From the NCBI GenBank assembly GCA_040220235.1, contig JAVJTO010000121.1: a stretch of 36,851 nucleotides of DNA; one strand, written 5' to 3'. Both the position numbers and the translations under genes were made by a program. Shown here piece by piece: positions 28,048-36,851 of the stretch. Positions within the stretch are counted from its first letter, which is position 1. Every line of letters starts with the position of its first letter. The notes beneath the pieces are model-generated. The model saw nothing but the letters and a program-made list of their open reading frames with translations, searched no databases and had not been told where the DNA came from. Source of the DNA: Coleofasciculus sp. B1-GNL1-01. GTDB taxonomy: Bacteria; Cyanobacteriota; Cyanobacteriia; Cyanobacteriales; Coleofasciculaceae.

Positions 28048-28857
28048 ATGACTTTAGCGTTTAATTCTGTCTTGCCAACCGTAACTCGCCTCAGTCGCTG
28101 GGCATTATCTGCGGCTTTACTGTGTGCAGGTGCGGCGCAAGCCCAAATGAGTGTTTCACCCTTAGTTATTGAAGCCCAAGCCAATCGCGGTCAAGCTCAA
28201 GCGATTATTAATGTTACCAATACCAGTAATCAACCCTTTCGGGGACGAGTTTATGCTGAATCTTTTACCTATGGGGATAATGGATTCCAAATCTTAGACT
28301 CTAGTTCTAGCGATTTAACCCCTTATCTGCAATTTTCTCCTAGGGAATTAACTGTACCACCGGGAGTGCAGCGGCGCATCCGTTTAATTACTCGCTTTCC
28401 CCCCAGTTTACCAGAAGGGGAATATCGAGCCGTTGTGTTTACGGAAACGCTTCGGGAAACGACGGATAGTGGTGGCAATTCTGTCGCGTTAACGGCACGA
28501 ATTGGCACAACAATTTATGTACGTCAGGGAGATTTATCGCCAATTTTGGCAGTGGAGAGTGCCAGTTGGAATTCAGAACAAGACCAAATTCAAGTCTTGG
28601 TGAACAATACCGGAATGGCATCGGCTCGACCTGGGGTAAGTTGGACGTTAAAGCAGGGGGAAACAGTTATAGAGACGGGGAGTTTGAAACCGACGGGAAT
28701 TGTGGCTGAAAGTCAGCGTCAGTTTCTCTTAAATTATCCTAATTCAGAACAATTAGCGGCAGGTCAATATCAGCTTACGGGTGAGTTGATCTGGGCGGAA
28801 GATGATCAGCGACGTACACAGCCGTTTAGCGTTGATTTGATGATTCCTACGCCGTGA
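28048..28857 (+). CDS. PapD-like periplasmic pilus chaperone
   Basis: Signal ...AAQA/QMSVSPLVIE; INVTNTS; FSPRELTVPPGVQRRIRL; GEYRAVVF; second Ig-like domain VNNTG...GQYQLTG. Confidence 0.8.
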   Translation: MTLAFNSVLPTVTRLSRWALSAALLCAGAAQAQMSVSPLVIEAQANRGQAQAIINVTNTSNQPFRGRVYAESFTYGDNGFQILDSSSSDLTPYLQFSPRELTVPPGVQRRIRLITRFPPSLPEGEYRAVVFTETLRETTDSGGNSVALTARIGTTIYVRQGDLSPILAVESASWNSEQDQIQVLVNNTGMASARPGVSWTLKQGETVIETGSLKPTGIVAESQRQFLLNYPNSEQLAAGQYQLTGELIWAEDDQRRTQPFSVDLMIPTP

Positions 28858-28966
28858 ATAAGGGGCGATCGCGTGGTTTAGCCGATTGGTTCTGAAGTTT
28901 TGGCTGGTGGGCAGTGCCTACCCTACGGTATATCTTGTGGTGTCGAGAGGGTGATCGTTTTTAACG

Positions 28967-29005
28967 CAGAGGTTCGCAGAGGTTGGCGCAGAGGTTCGCA
29001 GAGGG
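28967..29005. repeat. CGCAGAGG(TT) tandem repeat x4
   Basis: cgcagaggttcgcagaggttggcgcagaggttcgcagagg. Confidence 0.7.
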
Positions 29006-29172
29006 TTGTTGATGGTTTGAGTCGGGGAGGCGATGGGCTTTGTTCCCATACCAATAAAAGGGGTTTATGTCAAAAAAAGTCTGTGTTTTTTACGAAATAT
29101 ATGCCTCTAAGTTGTGCGGGTTTTGAGGGGAATTGTGACTGGCGTGAGATAGCTAAAATAGCGGATTAGATA

Positions 29173-31881
29173 TTGTCGGTTTTCCGGGCGCACGTCGGTG
29201 CGCCCCTACGTGTGGATTCTGTTTTGTGGCAAATTGCGATAATTGTTGGTTTGGTTGTGGGAATGGCGTCTAAGGCTGGTTCTGTTAGCCATTCCGGTTT
29301 TCATGAGACTAGGATTAGTCAAACACAGATGGAGGATGCGGAGTCTTCAGTTATCGACAATTCCGATAACTTTACGGTGTTTCCAGTAGGGGTGAATGTT
29401 GGGGGGCGTCCGGTGATTTTTAGTGTCTTGGTGCGGGGACAGGAAGATGGTAGCCAAGCGGTTGAGTTTGAGAAGTGGCTGATTCCTTTTGATGCGCTGG
29501 TTCAGGCGTTGAAGCTGGAGGTGACACCTCTACCCGATGGACAGTTGGAAGTGCGATCGCCTGGATTGATTACTCGCCTCAACCCCCAAGAGTTACAGAA
29601 TGACCCGGAGTTGGGGTTGGTGTTGTCGATTCAAGAGGTGGAAACCTTACTTGGGGTTCCCGCAGAATTCGATATCAATGAATACGCAATTATTCTGAAT
29701 CCCCCTTGGTTGGGACAGAAAACGGGGGGAATTGCGGCGACGGAAACCCCAGTACAACTGGACGGTTTACCCCGAATTACGCCAAACGATTTGACGCTAA
29801 CGGCGATTGAGGAACGGATTACAGCAACTGGTTCAGAGTCAACGTCGGGTTTTGAGTCTTCGTTTCTGAGTTATCGGGGGGAATTGGCGGCGGTGGGGAC
29901 GTTGTTATCGGGGAGTTGGTATGTCCGGGTGAATCAACCGGATTTCTTAGACTCGCCAACGTGGAGTCTCACAGAAGCCCAATATTTGCGACAAACGGAT
30001 GCGGCGGATTATGTGGTGGGTTCTCAACCGACGTTTTGGCGAAGTCAGGGGAGTGGGAATTATTGGGGAGTCACGACGCTTCGGCGACAAGGGTTTACAC
30101 CTCCCGTGACGTTTGGTGGGGGTGGATTTAGTCCAGGACAACGGTTACAGGCGTCACAGGTGGGACAGACGATTGTGGGTGAAGCGGAACCGGGGACGTT
30201 GGTACGGCTGACTCAGGGATTTAGCGATCGCGTTTTGGCTGAGGTTTTGGTGGATTCGTCGGGGGTTTATCGGTTTGAGGATGTACCGATTGGGGGTCAA
30301 CGGTTGGGGAATTATCGCATTTTATTATATCCTCAAGGACGCCTTTCGGCTCAACCGGAGGTGCGGGAGGCGACGTTTTCGACGGTTCCTGGACAAATTC
30401 CGGAGGGGGCTGCGGTAACGATTGTTTCGGTAGGTTGGACTCATCAACCCTCTAGATTGAACAATCAAAATTTTATTGGAGAATGGCAGAATTTTCAGGG
30501 GGGAATTGCCCAACGGTGGGGGATATCGGAAGATTTGACAATTGGGGTGGGGGGGATTTATGACCAAACAGCAAGGGGATTGGCGGATGTATTTTTTCGC
30601 CCTAATGGGATACCCTTGGAAGTGGCGGCGTCGGTGTTAAGCCCCGATCAAGAGGGGGATTGGGATATTAATGCGAATTTGCGTTATGAACCAACCTCTA
30701 CGATTAGTTTACAGTTTAACAGCGATCGCTTGTCCCAACGGCTTAACCTGAATTGGCGTGTCTTTCCGCGTTTGACGGTTTTGGGAACCTATAATAGTCG
30801 CGAGGGAACGGCGGTAGGGATGCAAACGGGATTCAGTCGTCGTGGTTTTTTTACCTTTGCCCGGGCGACGCTTGATGACCAAAATCGCTGGCGCTGGAAT
30901 GCGACACAACGGTTAGGATTTTTACAACTGAATCATCAGGGGAATGAATTGGGGTTTCGGTCTGAGTTGAATTATAATCTATCGCGCCGTTTTCTCGGTG
31001 ATGGCTATTCTGTACTGCTGAGTTATGAAACCCGCAACCTTCAGCGTCGGGATACTTTCGCCACAATTGGCTGGCGCTATCGATCCCCAGCGCGATCGCC
31101 TGATGGGAGTTATTTGTGGGATACTCAGTTAGGTTATGGGATTGGTTCTCGGGGTTCAGGCTGGATTGCCCAGGTACAAACTACAGTTATACCCGGTTTG
31201 CTGTTGCGGGGGCGGTATGATGGCGCATCGCTAACCTCAAATGAGGCGAATTATAGCCTAGAATTGGTGGCGAGTTTAAATGTACAGGATGGGATTTCTC
31301 CAGGCGATCGCCAATCGGATCGGTTTCGCGATCGCGGCGGGATATTAATTCAGCCGTTTTTTGATCGTAACAATAATGGTAAGTTAGATAGCGGCGAAGA
31401 CATCTACACCGAAAACCCAGAGTTATTATTAATTTTGAATAACCAACCGATTCAATCCTTTCGTCCCCAAGTCCAAGCCAATGGAATTCGGCTACGCTTA
31501 CCACCGGAAACCTATCGCCTCGACTTTGATCCGTCTGGATTTCCCCTAGATTGGCAAACCGTCAATGATGCATACAGGGTGGAGGTAGTGGCGGGAAGTT
31601 ATACACTTGTACAGGTTCCCTTAGTGTTATCCTATACTCTCTCTGGGGTAGTGACTGACGCCCAAGGAAACGTCGTTGCTGGGGCTAGGGTAGAAGCGAT
31701 TAGCGCCGATGGCAAACAACGACGATTTTCTGTCACGAATGGGGCGGGTGTTTATTATCTGGAACAGTTACCCCAGGGGACATTCACGCTGCAAATCAAT
31801 CAGCAACCCGCCCAACCAGGGACAATTACCCTGGATGAGGATGCAGAACCATTTCAGGAGTTAAATCTGCGATCGCGCTAG
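29173..31881 (+). CDS. Usher-like outer-membrane protein with C-terminal carboxypeptidase-regulatory-like/prealbumin-fold domains
   Basis: Hydrophobic N-terminus; WLIPFDAL N-domain; many amphipathic beta strands (about 30420-31290); FFDRNNNGKLDSGE; LSGVVTDAQGNVVAGARV...TNGAGVYYLEQL. Context after pilins and chaperone; start may be GTG 29212. Confidence 0.7.
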   Translation: MSVFRAHVGAPLRVDSVLWQIAIIVGLVVGMASKAGSVSHSGFHETRISQTQMEDAESSVIDNSDNFTVFPVGVNVGGRPVIFSVLVRGQEDGSQAVEFEKWLIPFDALVQALKLEVTPLPDGQLEVRSPGLITRLNPQELQNDPELGLVLSIQEVETLLGVPAEFDINEYAIILNPPWLGQKTGGIAATETPVQLDGLPRITPNDLTLTAIEERITATGSESTSGFESSFLSYRGELAAVGTLLSGSWYVRVNQPDFLDSPTWSLTEAQYLRQTDAADYVVGSQPTFWRSQGSGNYWGVTTLRRQGFTPPVTFGGGGFSPGQRLQASQVGQTIVGEAEPGTLVRLTQGFSDRVLAEVLVDSSGVYRFEDVPIGGQRLGNYRILLYPQGRLSAQPEVREATFSTVPGQIPEGAAVTIVSVGWTHQPSRLNNQNFIGEWQNFQGGIAQRWGISEDLTIGVGGIYDQTARGLADVFFRPNGIPLEVAASVLSPDQEGDWDINANLRYEPTSTISLQFNSDRLSQRLNLNWRVFPRLTVLGTYNSREGTAVGMQTGFSRRGFFTFARATLDDQNRWRWNATQRLGFLQLNHQGNELGFRSELNYNLSRRFLGDGYSVLLSYETRNLQRRDTFATIGWRYRSPARSPDGSYLWDTQLGYGIGSRGSGWIAQVQTTVIPGLLLRGRYDGASLTSNEANYSLELVASLNVQDGISPGDRQSDRFRDRGGILIQPFFDRNNNGKLDSGEDIYTENPELLLILNNQPIQSFRPQVQANGIRLRLPPETYRLDFDPSGFPLDWQTVNDAYRVEVVAGSYTLVQVPLVLSYTLSGVVTDAQGNVVAGARVEAISADGKQRRFSVTNGAGVYYLEQLPQGTFTLQINQQPAQPGTITLDEDAEPFQELNLRSR

Positions 31882-32288
31882 CGTGTCCGATAGGACGTAT
31901 CGCCCTAACTCAATCCAGGACGAGAAAAGAGGGAACCCAAGATTTCACAAATCCGTGAGACATACTCTATAATATAAAACCTCATCAAAAGTTCAGTTCT
32001 GAAGCTATAGCATAGTTTGGTAATTTTAACTCATTTTAGCTAGATTTTTTATAGTTCACTGACACTTGACATTTATTTCTTTATACTAGAGAAAGCTACG
32101 ACAAAATTAGTCATAAATGTAGTAACCCTGCAACCTCACTAAAGCGAAACCAAGGATAGCTTGGGTTGATATATTATCAATAACAACCTCTTCTAAGTCG
32201 ATTAACTACCCCCGACAGGGTGATTTTTGATCGACATAACCCATTAAACCAGTCCAGTGCATTTCTACCTCAAAATCAGGGAAAACTC

Positions 32289-35200
32289 ATGTCTACACCG
32301 ATTCAGTTCAGCCGTTGGTTAACGATAGTCTTGTTCATCCCATTGGTATTTCTGAAGCAGGAACCGCTACAAGCCGAGTCGATAACGGCGGCTGATGATG
32401 GAACGAATACAAGTATTAATTTAGAAGGGAACCAGTTTAATATTACAGGGGGAACGCTTTCCGGAGATGGCGCGAATTTGTTCCATAGTTTCCAGGAATT
32501 TGGACTCGATGCTAATCAAGTTGCTAACTTTTTGTCGAATCCTCAAATTATCAATATTCTGGGTAGAGTATCTGGGAACGAAGCGTCGATTATTAATGGG
32601 TTAATTCAGGTCAGTGGGGGAAACTCTAATCTATTTTTAATGAATCCGTCCGGATTTATTTTTGGGTCAGATGCCAGTCTGAATGTGCCAGGAAGTTTTA
32701 TGGCAACGACGGCAAATGGGATGGGTTTTGAGAATGGTTGGTTTAATTCCAGTGGCGAGACGGACTATCAATCGTTGGTCGGTTCTCCCAATCGTTTTGC
32801 GTTTACGATGGATCAGCCAGGAAGCATTATTAATGCGGGTGAATTGGCAGTAAGTGAGGGAGAACATTTAACCTTGCTGGCGGGTCAATTGATCAACACA
32901 GGAACCCTTTCCGCCCCTGGGGGTACTATTACGATGACGGCGGTTCCTGGAGAAAACTTAGTCCGGATTTCTCAAGCGGGGATGTTACTGTCTTTAGAAA
33001 TTGAAGCCGCAACGGGGGAAGATGTTCTGCCAACAGCAGAGGGAATTTCACCATTACAATTAGCTGAGTTACTCACCGGACAAGATGAACAGAGTACAGG
33101 CGTTATTGTTGACTCAGCAAATACGGTGCGACTCATCGGTTCAGATGTGGTAATTCCCACTATATCAGGAACAACAATTTTATCTGGCGTGATTGATACC
33201 TCTAGTGAACAAGTGGGGGGTAATGTCTATCTAGTGGGCGAACAAGTGGGATTACTGAATGCCACAATTAATGCGTCCGGTGGTGATGGCGGTGGCACAG
33301 TTTTGATTGGTGGCGGGTTTCAAGGACAAGGTACGATACCGAATGCTTTACAGACATTTGTAAGTTCAGATTCCGTTATTTATGCTGATGCACTTGAACA
33401 TGGAAATGCTGGGCTGGTTGTGGCTTGGGCAGATGAAATCAACCGTTTTTATGGCAGTGTGAGTGCCACGGGGGGCGAAACTTTCGGTGATGGCGGTTTG
33501 GTGGAGATATCGGCTAGAGATAGTTTGATTTTCCGAGGATTGATTGATCTTGGGGCAACATCGGGAAATCTAGGAACTATCTTATTTGATCCGAAGAATA
33601 TCACGATTAGTGATGGAGGAACGGATGATTTCAATCTCAATAATGCCTTTGGCGAAAATTCAGGCAACTCAGTTACCTTTGATGCGGATCAATTTAATGC
33701 CCTAATGGGGAATGTGGTTCTGCAAGCAAATAATGATATTACGATTAATCAGAGTATCGATGCGAGTAACATTGGCACGTTGACGCTGCAAGCAGGCAGA
33801 AGCATCACGATTAATAATGTGCTGATTAACTTAGCGGGGGGTAACTTTAGCGCCACAATTAATGATGAAAATGCTGTAGCCGCCCAGCGAGAATCCGGAG
33901 TTGCCCAATTTGTGATGAATTCAGGGTCGCAACTTTTCACAAATGGGGGTAATATTTCCATAAAACCGGGAAGTGACGGTAATGCGATCGGAACGGTACA
34001 GCTTAATGGTGGAATACTTAATTCTGGGACAGGTGCGATTGATATTACCGGGAGAGGAAGCAGTGACGGTGCCGCAAAAACGGGGATTTTTCTGAGTAAT
34101 GGTGCGGTTGTGGAATCAACAGGAACAGGTACTATTACTTTAGAGGGAACTGGTGGTTCTGGGACAAGTGCGACTCGCGGTATCGAGATTCAGAATCCTG
34201 GAACAAGGGTAAGTTCTGAAAATGGCGATATTTTAATTAACGGTATTGGTGGAGACTCAACCGGAAACGATAACTTTGGTATTTTTATGCTGGGTGGGGT
34301 GGTTGAATCCACAGGAACAGGCACGATTACCCTAGAGGGTACAGCGGGAATGGGAACAGATGGGAATCGAGGTATTCAGATTCAAAATGCAGGAACCGTA
34401 AGTTCAAATAATGGTGATATTCTCCTCAGGGGTGAAGCCGGAAATGCCACGGGAAACAATAACTTTGGTATTTTTATGCTGAGTGGCGGTGTGGTTGAAT
34501 CTACAGGTTCAGGGAATATTACCCTAGAGGGTACAGGGGGAACAGAGGCTTCCAGTCGCGGAATTCAGATTCAGGATTCGGGGACAACGGTAAGTTCTAA
34601 TACGGGTGATATTCTGCTAAGTAGTACGGGACAAGATGCAACCGCTTCAGATAATATCGGTATTTCTCTGCTGGGAAGTGGTAGGGTTGAATCTCAAGGT
34701 ATTGGAAATATTACGCTGACCAGTGAAGGTAGTATTGATGCTAGTAGTGGCATCCTGGATAGTAGTTCGCCGACGAATGGTGGAACGATTGCGCTAACTA
34801 GCCAAAATGGGGCGATTACGACGGGTGATATTAATACCTCTGGTGATATCAATGGCGGGAATCTTGTCATCGAAGCCAATCGGGAAATTACCACTGGGAA
34901 AATTAACACCACTGGTGGTTCTGGGGGAGGGGGTAATGTTAGCCTTAATGCCCCTAATGATATTCAAGTTAGCTGGATTAATACAGAAGGGGGTACAGCA
35001 AGCGGCACAGTTGATATTAACACTGACAGCTTTTTCCGTGCCACTGATATCTTTACCGCCGCTAATGGCATACCTGCAAGTATCTCTACAATTGGGGGGA
35101 GTGAAGGAGGCAATATTACGATTAGCCATGGCGGAGAAAATGAAACACCGTTTGAAATCGGTGATGCAACGACGAATGGCATAGCTGCTGCCCTTACCAC

Positions 35201-36698
35201 GGGTAGTGCGACAATTTCTCCGGTGGAATCATTCCCCTCAACTCAAACGACAGGAAATATTCAGATTATTAGTGCAGGTTCTCCACAGACACCTGTTCCT
35301 CCACAGACACCTGTTTCCGCAGACCTAATTCTTTCCCCGAGTGACATTTACAATCTTTATGAGGGGATTGATTCAGACCATTTTATCGAGTCTCTACCTT
35401 TTATAGACACCACAGGAAATGTGACTCAAGCGCTGCCGATTATCAACGCCTCAACCGCCCTTTTGACCCTACAAGATGCGGCAGGGGCAACAAATCGCTA
35501 TATTGAATCCTTAGAACAAGCCCGACTGAAAGAATTTGCGGATTACTTTGGGCGAGATTTCTCTCAGTATTCAATTTCCTTAGCCAGTATTGAACAGACG
35601 TTGGCAGAAATTGAACGCCAAACCGGGAATCGTTCTGCCGTGGTTTATGCGGTAACCCAACCCGATGGAGTGAAATTAGTCCTCTTTACCGCCGCCGCTG
35701 AACCTGTCACTAAAGTTATCCCGGTTAATCGCGACCAACTTCTAGGAGTTACGAATGAACTGCGAGTCCAACTGACGGATGCATTTCGCCGCCGGGGGAA
35801 TGGTTATTTGAAACCCGCGCAACAACTTTATCAGTGGTTAATTGCCCCGATTGCATCGGAACTGGAAGCGGCTGAAATTGATACGTTACTCTTTTCCATG
35901 GATGCGGGATTACGGACGATACCTATGCCAGTCTTGCATGATGGTCAACAGTTTTTGATTGAAAACTACAGCCTCAGCATGATTCCCACATTCAGCCTGA
36001 TGAATAGTAATTATCAGCCGCTGACAAATCCGCGAATCTTAGCGATGGGGGCATCAGAATTTACGGAACTTAATCCGTTACCAGCGGTTCCAGTTGAGTT
36101 ATCGACGATTGCCCAAGAAGTGGGTGGTCAAGTTTTTCTGAATCAGGAGTTTACGTTAGAGAATTTAATTCAAGAACGCCAGCGTTATCCTTATGAAATT
36201 ATTCACTTAGGCACTCATGCCGATTTTAACTCTGGGGGACCCAGTAATTCCTATGTGCAGTTATGGAATGACAAGCTAACTTTAGCCCAAATGCAACAGA
36301 TGAATTGGGATAATCCGCCTGTGGAGTTATTAGTTTTATCGGCTTGTCGCACGGCGGTGGGAGACAATCAAGCCGAGTTAGGATTTGCTGGATTAGCCGT
36401 GGCGTCGGGTGTGAAGAGTGCTTTAGGTAGTGTCTGGCAGGTGAGTGACCAAGGGACATTGGCTTTAATGACTGAGTTGTATAACCAATTAGGTCAGACT
36501 CCAATTAAAGCAGAGGCGCTAAGAGAAGCCCAGTTATCAATGTTGCGGGGAAGTGTCGTGATTGAAGAAGGACAATTGCGCGGAAGTGGAACGCAAAGTG
36601 GGGTATCGTTGCCGCCACAATTGGCTGAGTTGGGACAAGTTGATTTATCCCATCCTTATTATTGGTCGGGATTTATGATGATTGGTAGTCCGTGGTAA
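32289..36698 (+). CDS. Filamentous haemagglutinin N-terminal (TPS) domain / beta-helix / CHAT protease
   Basis: Signal MSTPIQF...[33 protein letters not shown]; Gly/Asn/Thr repeats; [25 protein letters not shown], dyad IHLGTHADF and [15 protein letters not shown]. Confidence 0.93.
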   Translation: MSTPIQFSRWLTIVLFIPLVFLKQEPLQAESITAADDGTNTSINLEGNQFNITGGTLSGDGANLFHSFQEFGLDANQVANFLSNPQIINILGRVSGNEASIINGLIQVSGGNSNLFLMNPSGFIFGSDASLNVPGSFMATTANGMGFENGWFNSSGETDYQSLVGSPNRFAFTMDQPGSIINAGELAVSEGEHLTLLAGQLINTGTLSAPGGTITMTAVPGENLVRISQAGMLLSLEIEAATGEDVLPTAEGISPLQLAELLTGQDEQSTGVIVDSANTVRLIGSDVVIPTISGTTILSGVIDTSSEQVGGNVYLVGEQVGLLNATINASGGDGGGTVLIGGGFQGQGTIPNALQTFVSSDSVIYADALEHGNAGLVVAWADEINRFYGSVSATGGETFGDGGLVEISARDSLIFRGLIDLGATSGNLGTILFDPKNITISDGGTDDFNLNNAFGENSGNSVTFDADQFNALMGNVVLQANNDITINQSIDASNIGTLTLQAGRSITINNVLINLAGGNFSATINDENAVAAQRESGVAQFVMNSGSQLFTNGGNISIKPGSDGNAIGTVQLNGGILNSGTGAIDITGRGSSDGAAKTGIFLSNGAVVESTGTGTITLEGTGGSGTSATRGIEIQNPGTRVSSENGDILINGIGGDSTGNDNFGIFMLGGVVESTGTGTITLEGTAGMGTDGNRGIQIQNAGTVSSNNGDILLRGEAGNATGNNNFGIFMLSGGVVESTGSGNITLEGTGGTEASSRGIQIQDSGTTVSSNTGDILLSSTGQDATASDNIGISLLGSGRVESQGIGNITLTSEGSIDASSGILDSSSPTNGGTIALTSQNGAITTGDINTSGDINGGNLVIEANREITTGKINTTGGSGGGGNVSLNAPNDIQVSWINTEGGTASGTVDINTDSFFRATDIFTAANGIPASISTIGGSEGGNITISHGGENETPFEIGDATTNGIAAALTTGSATISPVESFPSTQTTGNIQIISAGSPQTPVPPQTPVSADLILSPSDIYNLYEGIDSDHFIESLPFIDTTGNVTQALPIINASTALLTLQDAAGATNRYIESLEQARLKEFADYFGRDFSQYSISLASIEQTLAEIERQTGNRSAVVYAVTQPDGVKLVLFTAAAEPVTKVIPVNRDQLLGVTNELRVQLTDAFRRRGNGYLKPAQQLYQWLIAPIASELEAAEIDTLLFSMDAGLRTIPMPVLHDGQQFLIENYSLSMIPTFSLMNSNYQPLTNPRILAMGASEFTELNPLPAVPVELSTIAQEVGGQVFLNQEFTLENLIQERQRYPYEIIHLGTHADFNSGGPSNSYVQLWNDKLTLAQMQQMNWDNPPVELLVLSACRTAVGDNQAELGFAGLAVASGVKSALGSVWQVSDQGTLALMTELYNQLGQTPIKAEALREAQLSMLRGSVVIEEGQLRGSGTQSGVSLPPQLAELGQVDLSHPYYWSGFMMIGSPW
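34080..34730 (+). repeat. Intragenic about 63-aa repeats (3.5 copies)
   Basis: GIF(L/M)..G.VVESTG(T/S)G.ITLEGT.G.....RGI.IQ..GT.VSS..GDIL repeated, also conserved at DNA level. Confidence 0.8.
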
Positions 36699-36700
36699 GT

Positions 36701-36851
36701 TATAGCGCTACGCGCTAGGCAATAGGCAATAGGCAATAGGCAATAGGCAATAGGCAATAGGCAATAGGCAATAGGCAATAGGCAATAGGCAATAGGCAAT
36801 AGGCAATAGGCAATAGGCAATAGGCAATAGGCAATAGGCAATAGGCAATAG
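36701..36851. repeat. MITE-like left end followed by an (AATAGGC)n array of at least 18 units running off the window
   Basis: tatagcgctacgcgctaggc then perfect aataggc repeats; the same left end at 4943 carries only about 2 units. Confidence 0.9.

Noticed and set aside
28900..29169. 89-aa ORF between chaperone and usher
   Set aside because: TTG start, built partly from CGCAGAGG repeats, no signal peptide or motif.
32220..36698. Absence of HIP1 in the TPS-CHAT gene as evidence of horizontal transfer
   Set aside because: A gap of similar length (about 3.9-8.5 kb) covers core genes such as hemL, so the absence is not diagnostic.
36659..36841. 60-aa ORF (PIAYCLL)n
   Set aside because: Translation of the AATAGGC heptamer array.

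Overview
Chromosomal window from a cyanobacterium: frequent HIP1 GCGATCGC sites, petN, ho1, clpR-clpP3, heptamer tandem repeats and many REP/MITE-like intergenic repeats suggest a filamentous, large-genome lineage (inference). Housekeeping genes (yajQ, hemL, trpB, rnd, def, ho1, clpR, clpP) alternate with accessory loci. Highlights: (1) positions 1-760 hold a tandem array of ribbon-helix-helix (RHH) genes, each overlapped by a conserved -1-frame coiled-coil ORF at an identical CTG-GGG-GAA-TC site. In unit 2 that ORF has no usable start codon, which suggests programmed -1 frameshifting with translational coupling to the next unit. (2) A putative chaperone-usher-like pilus locus (two pilin-like paralogs, PapD-like chaperone, usher-like protein) is followed by a giant filamentous-haemagglutinin/CHAT protease. 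(3) An NLR-like CHAT-STAND NTPase-TPR gene has an AT-rich sensor region and a frameshifted small partner gene. (4) An alkaline/neutral invertase appears inactivated by an internal deletion, next to nested MITEs. All calls come from reading the sequence; no searches were run.
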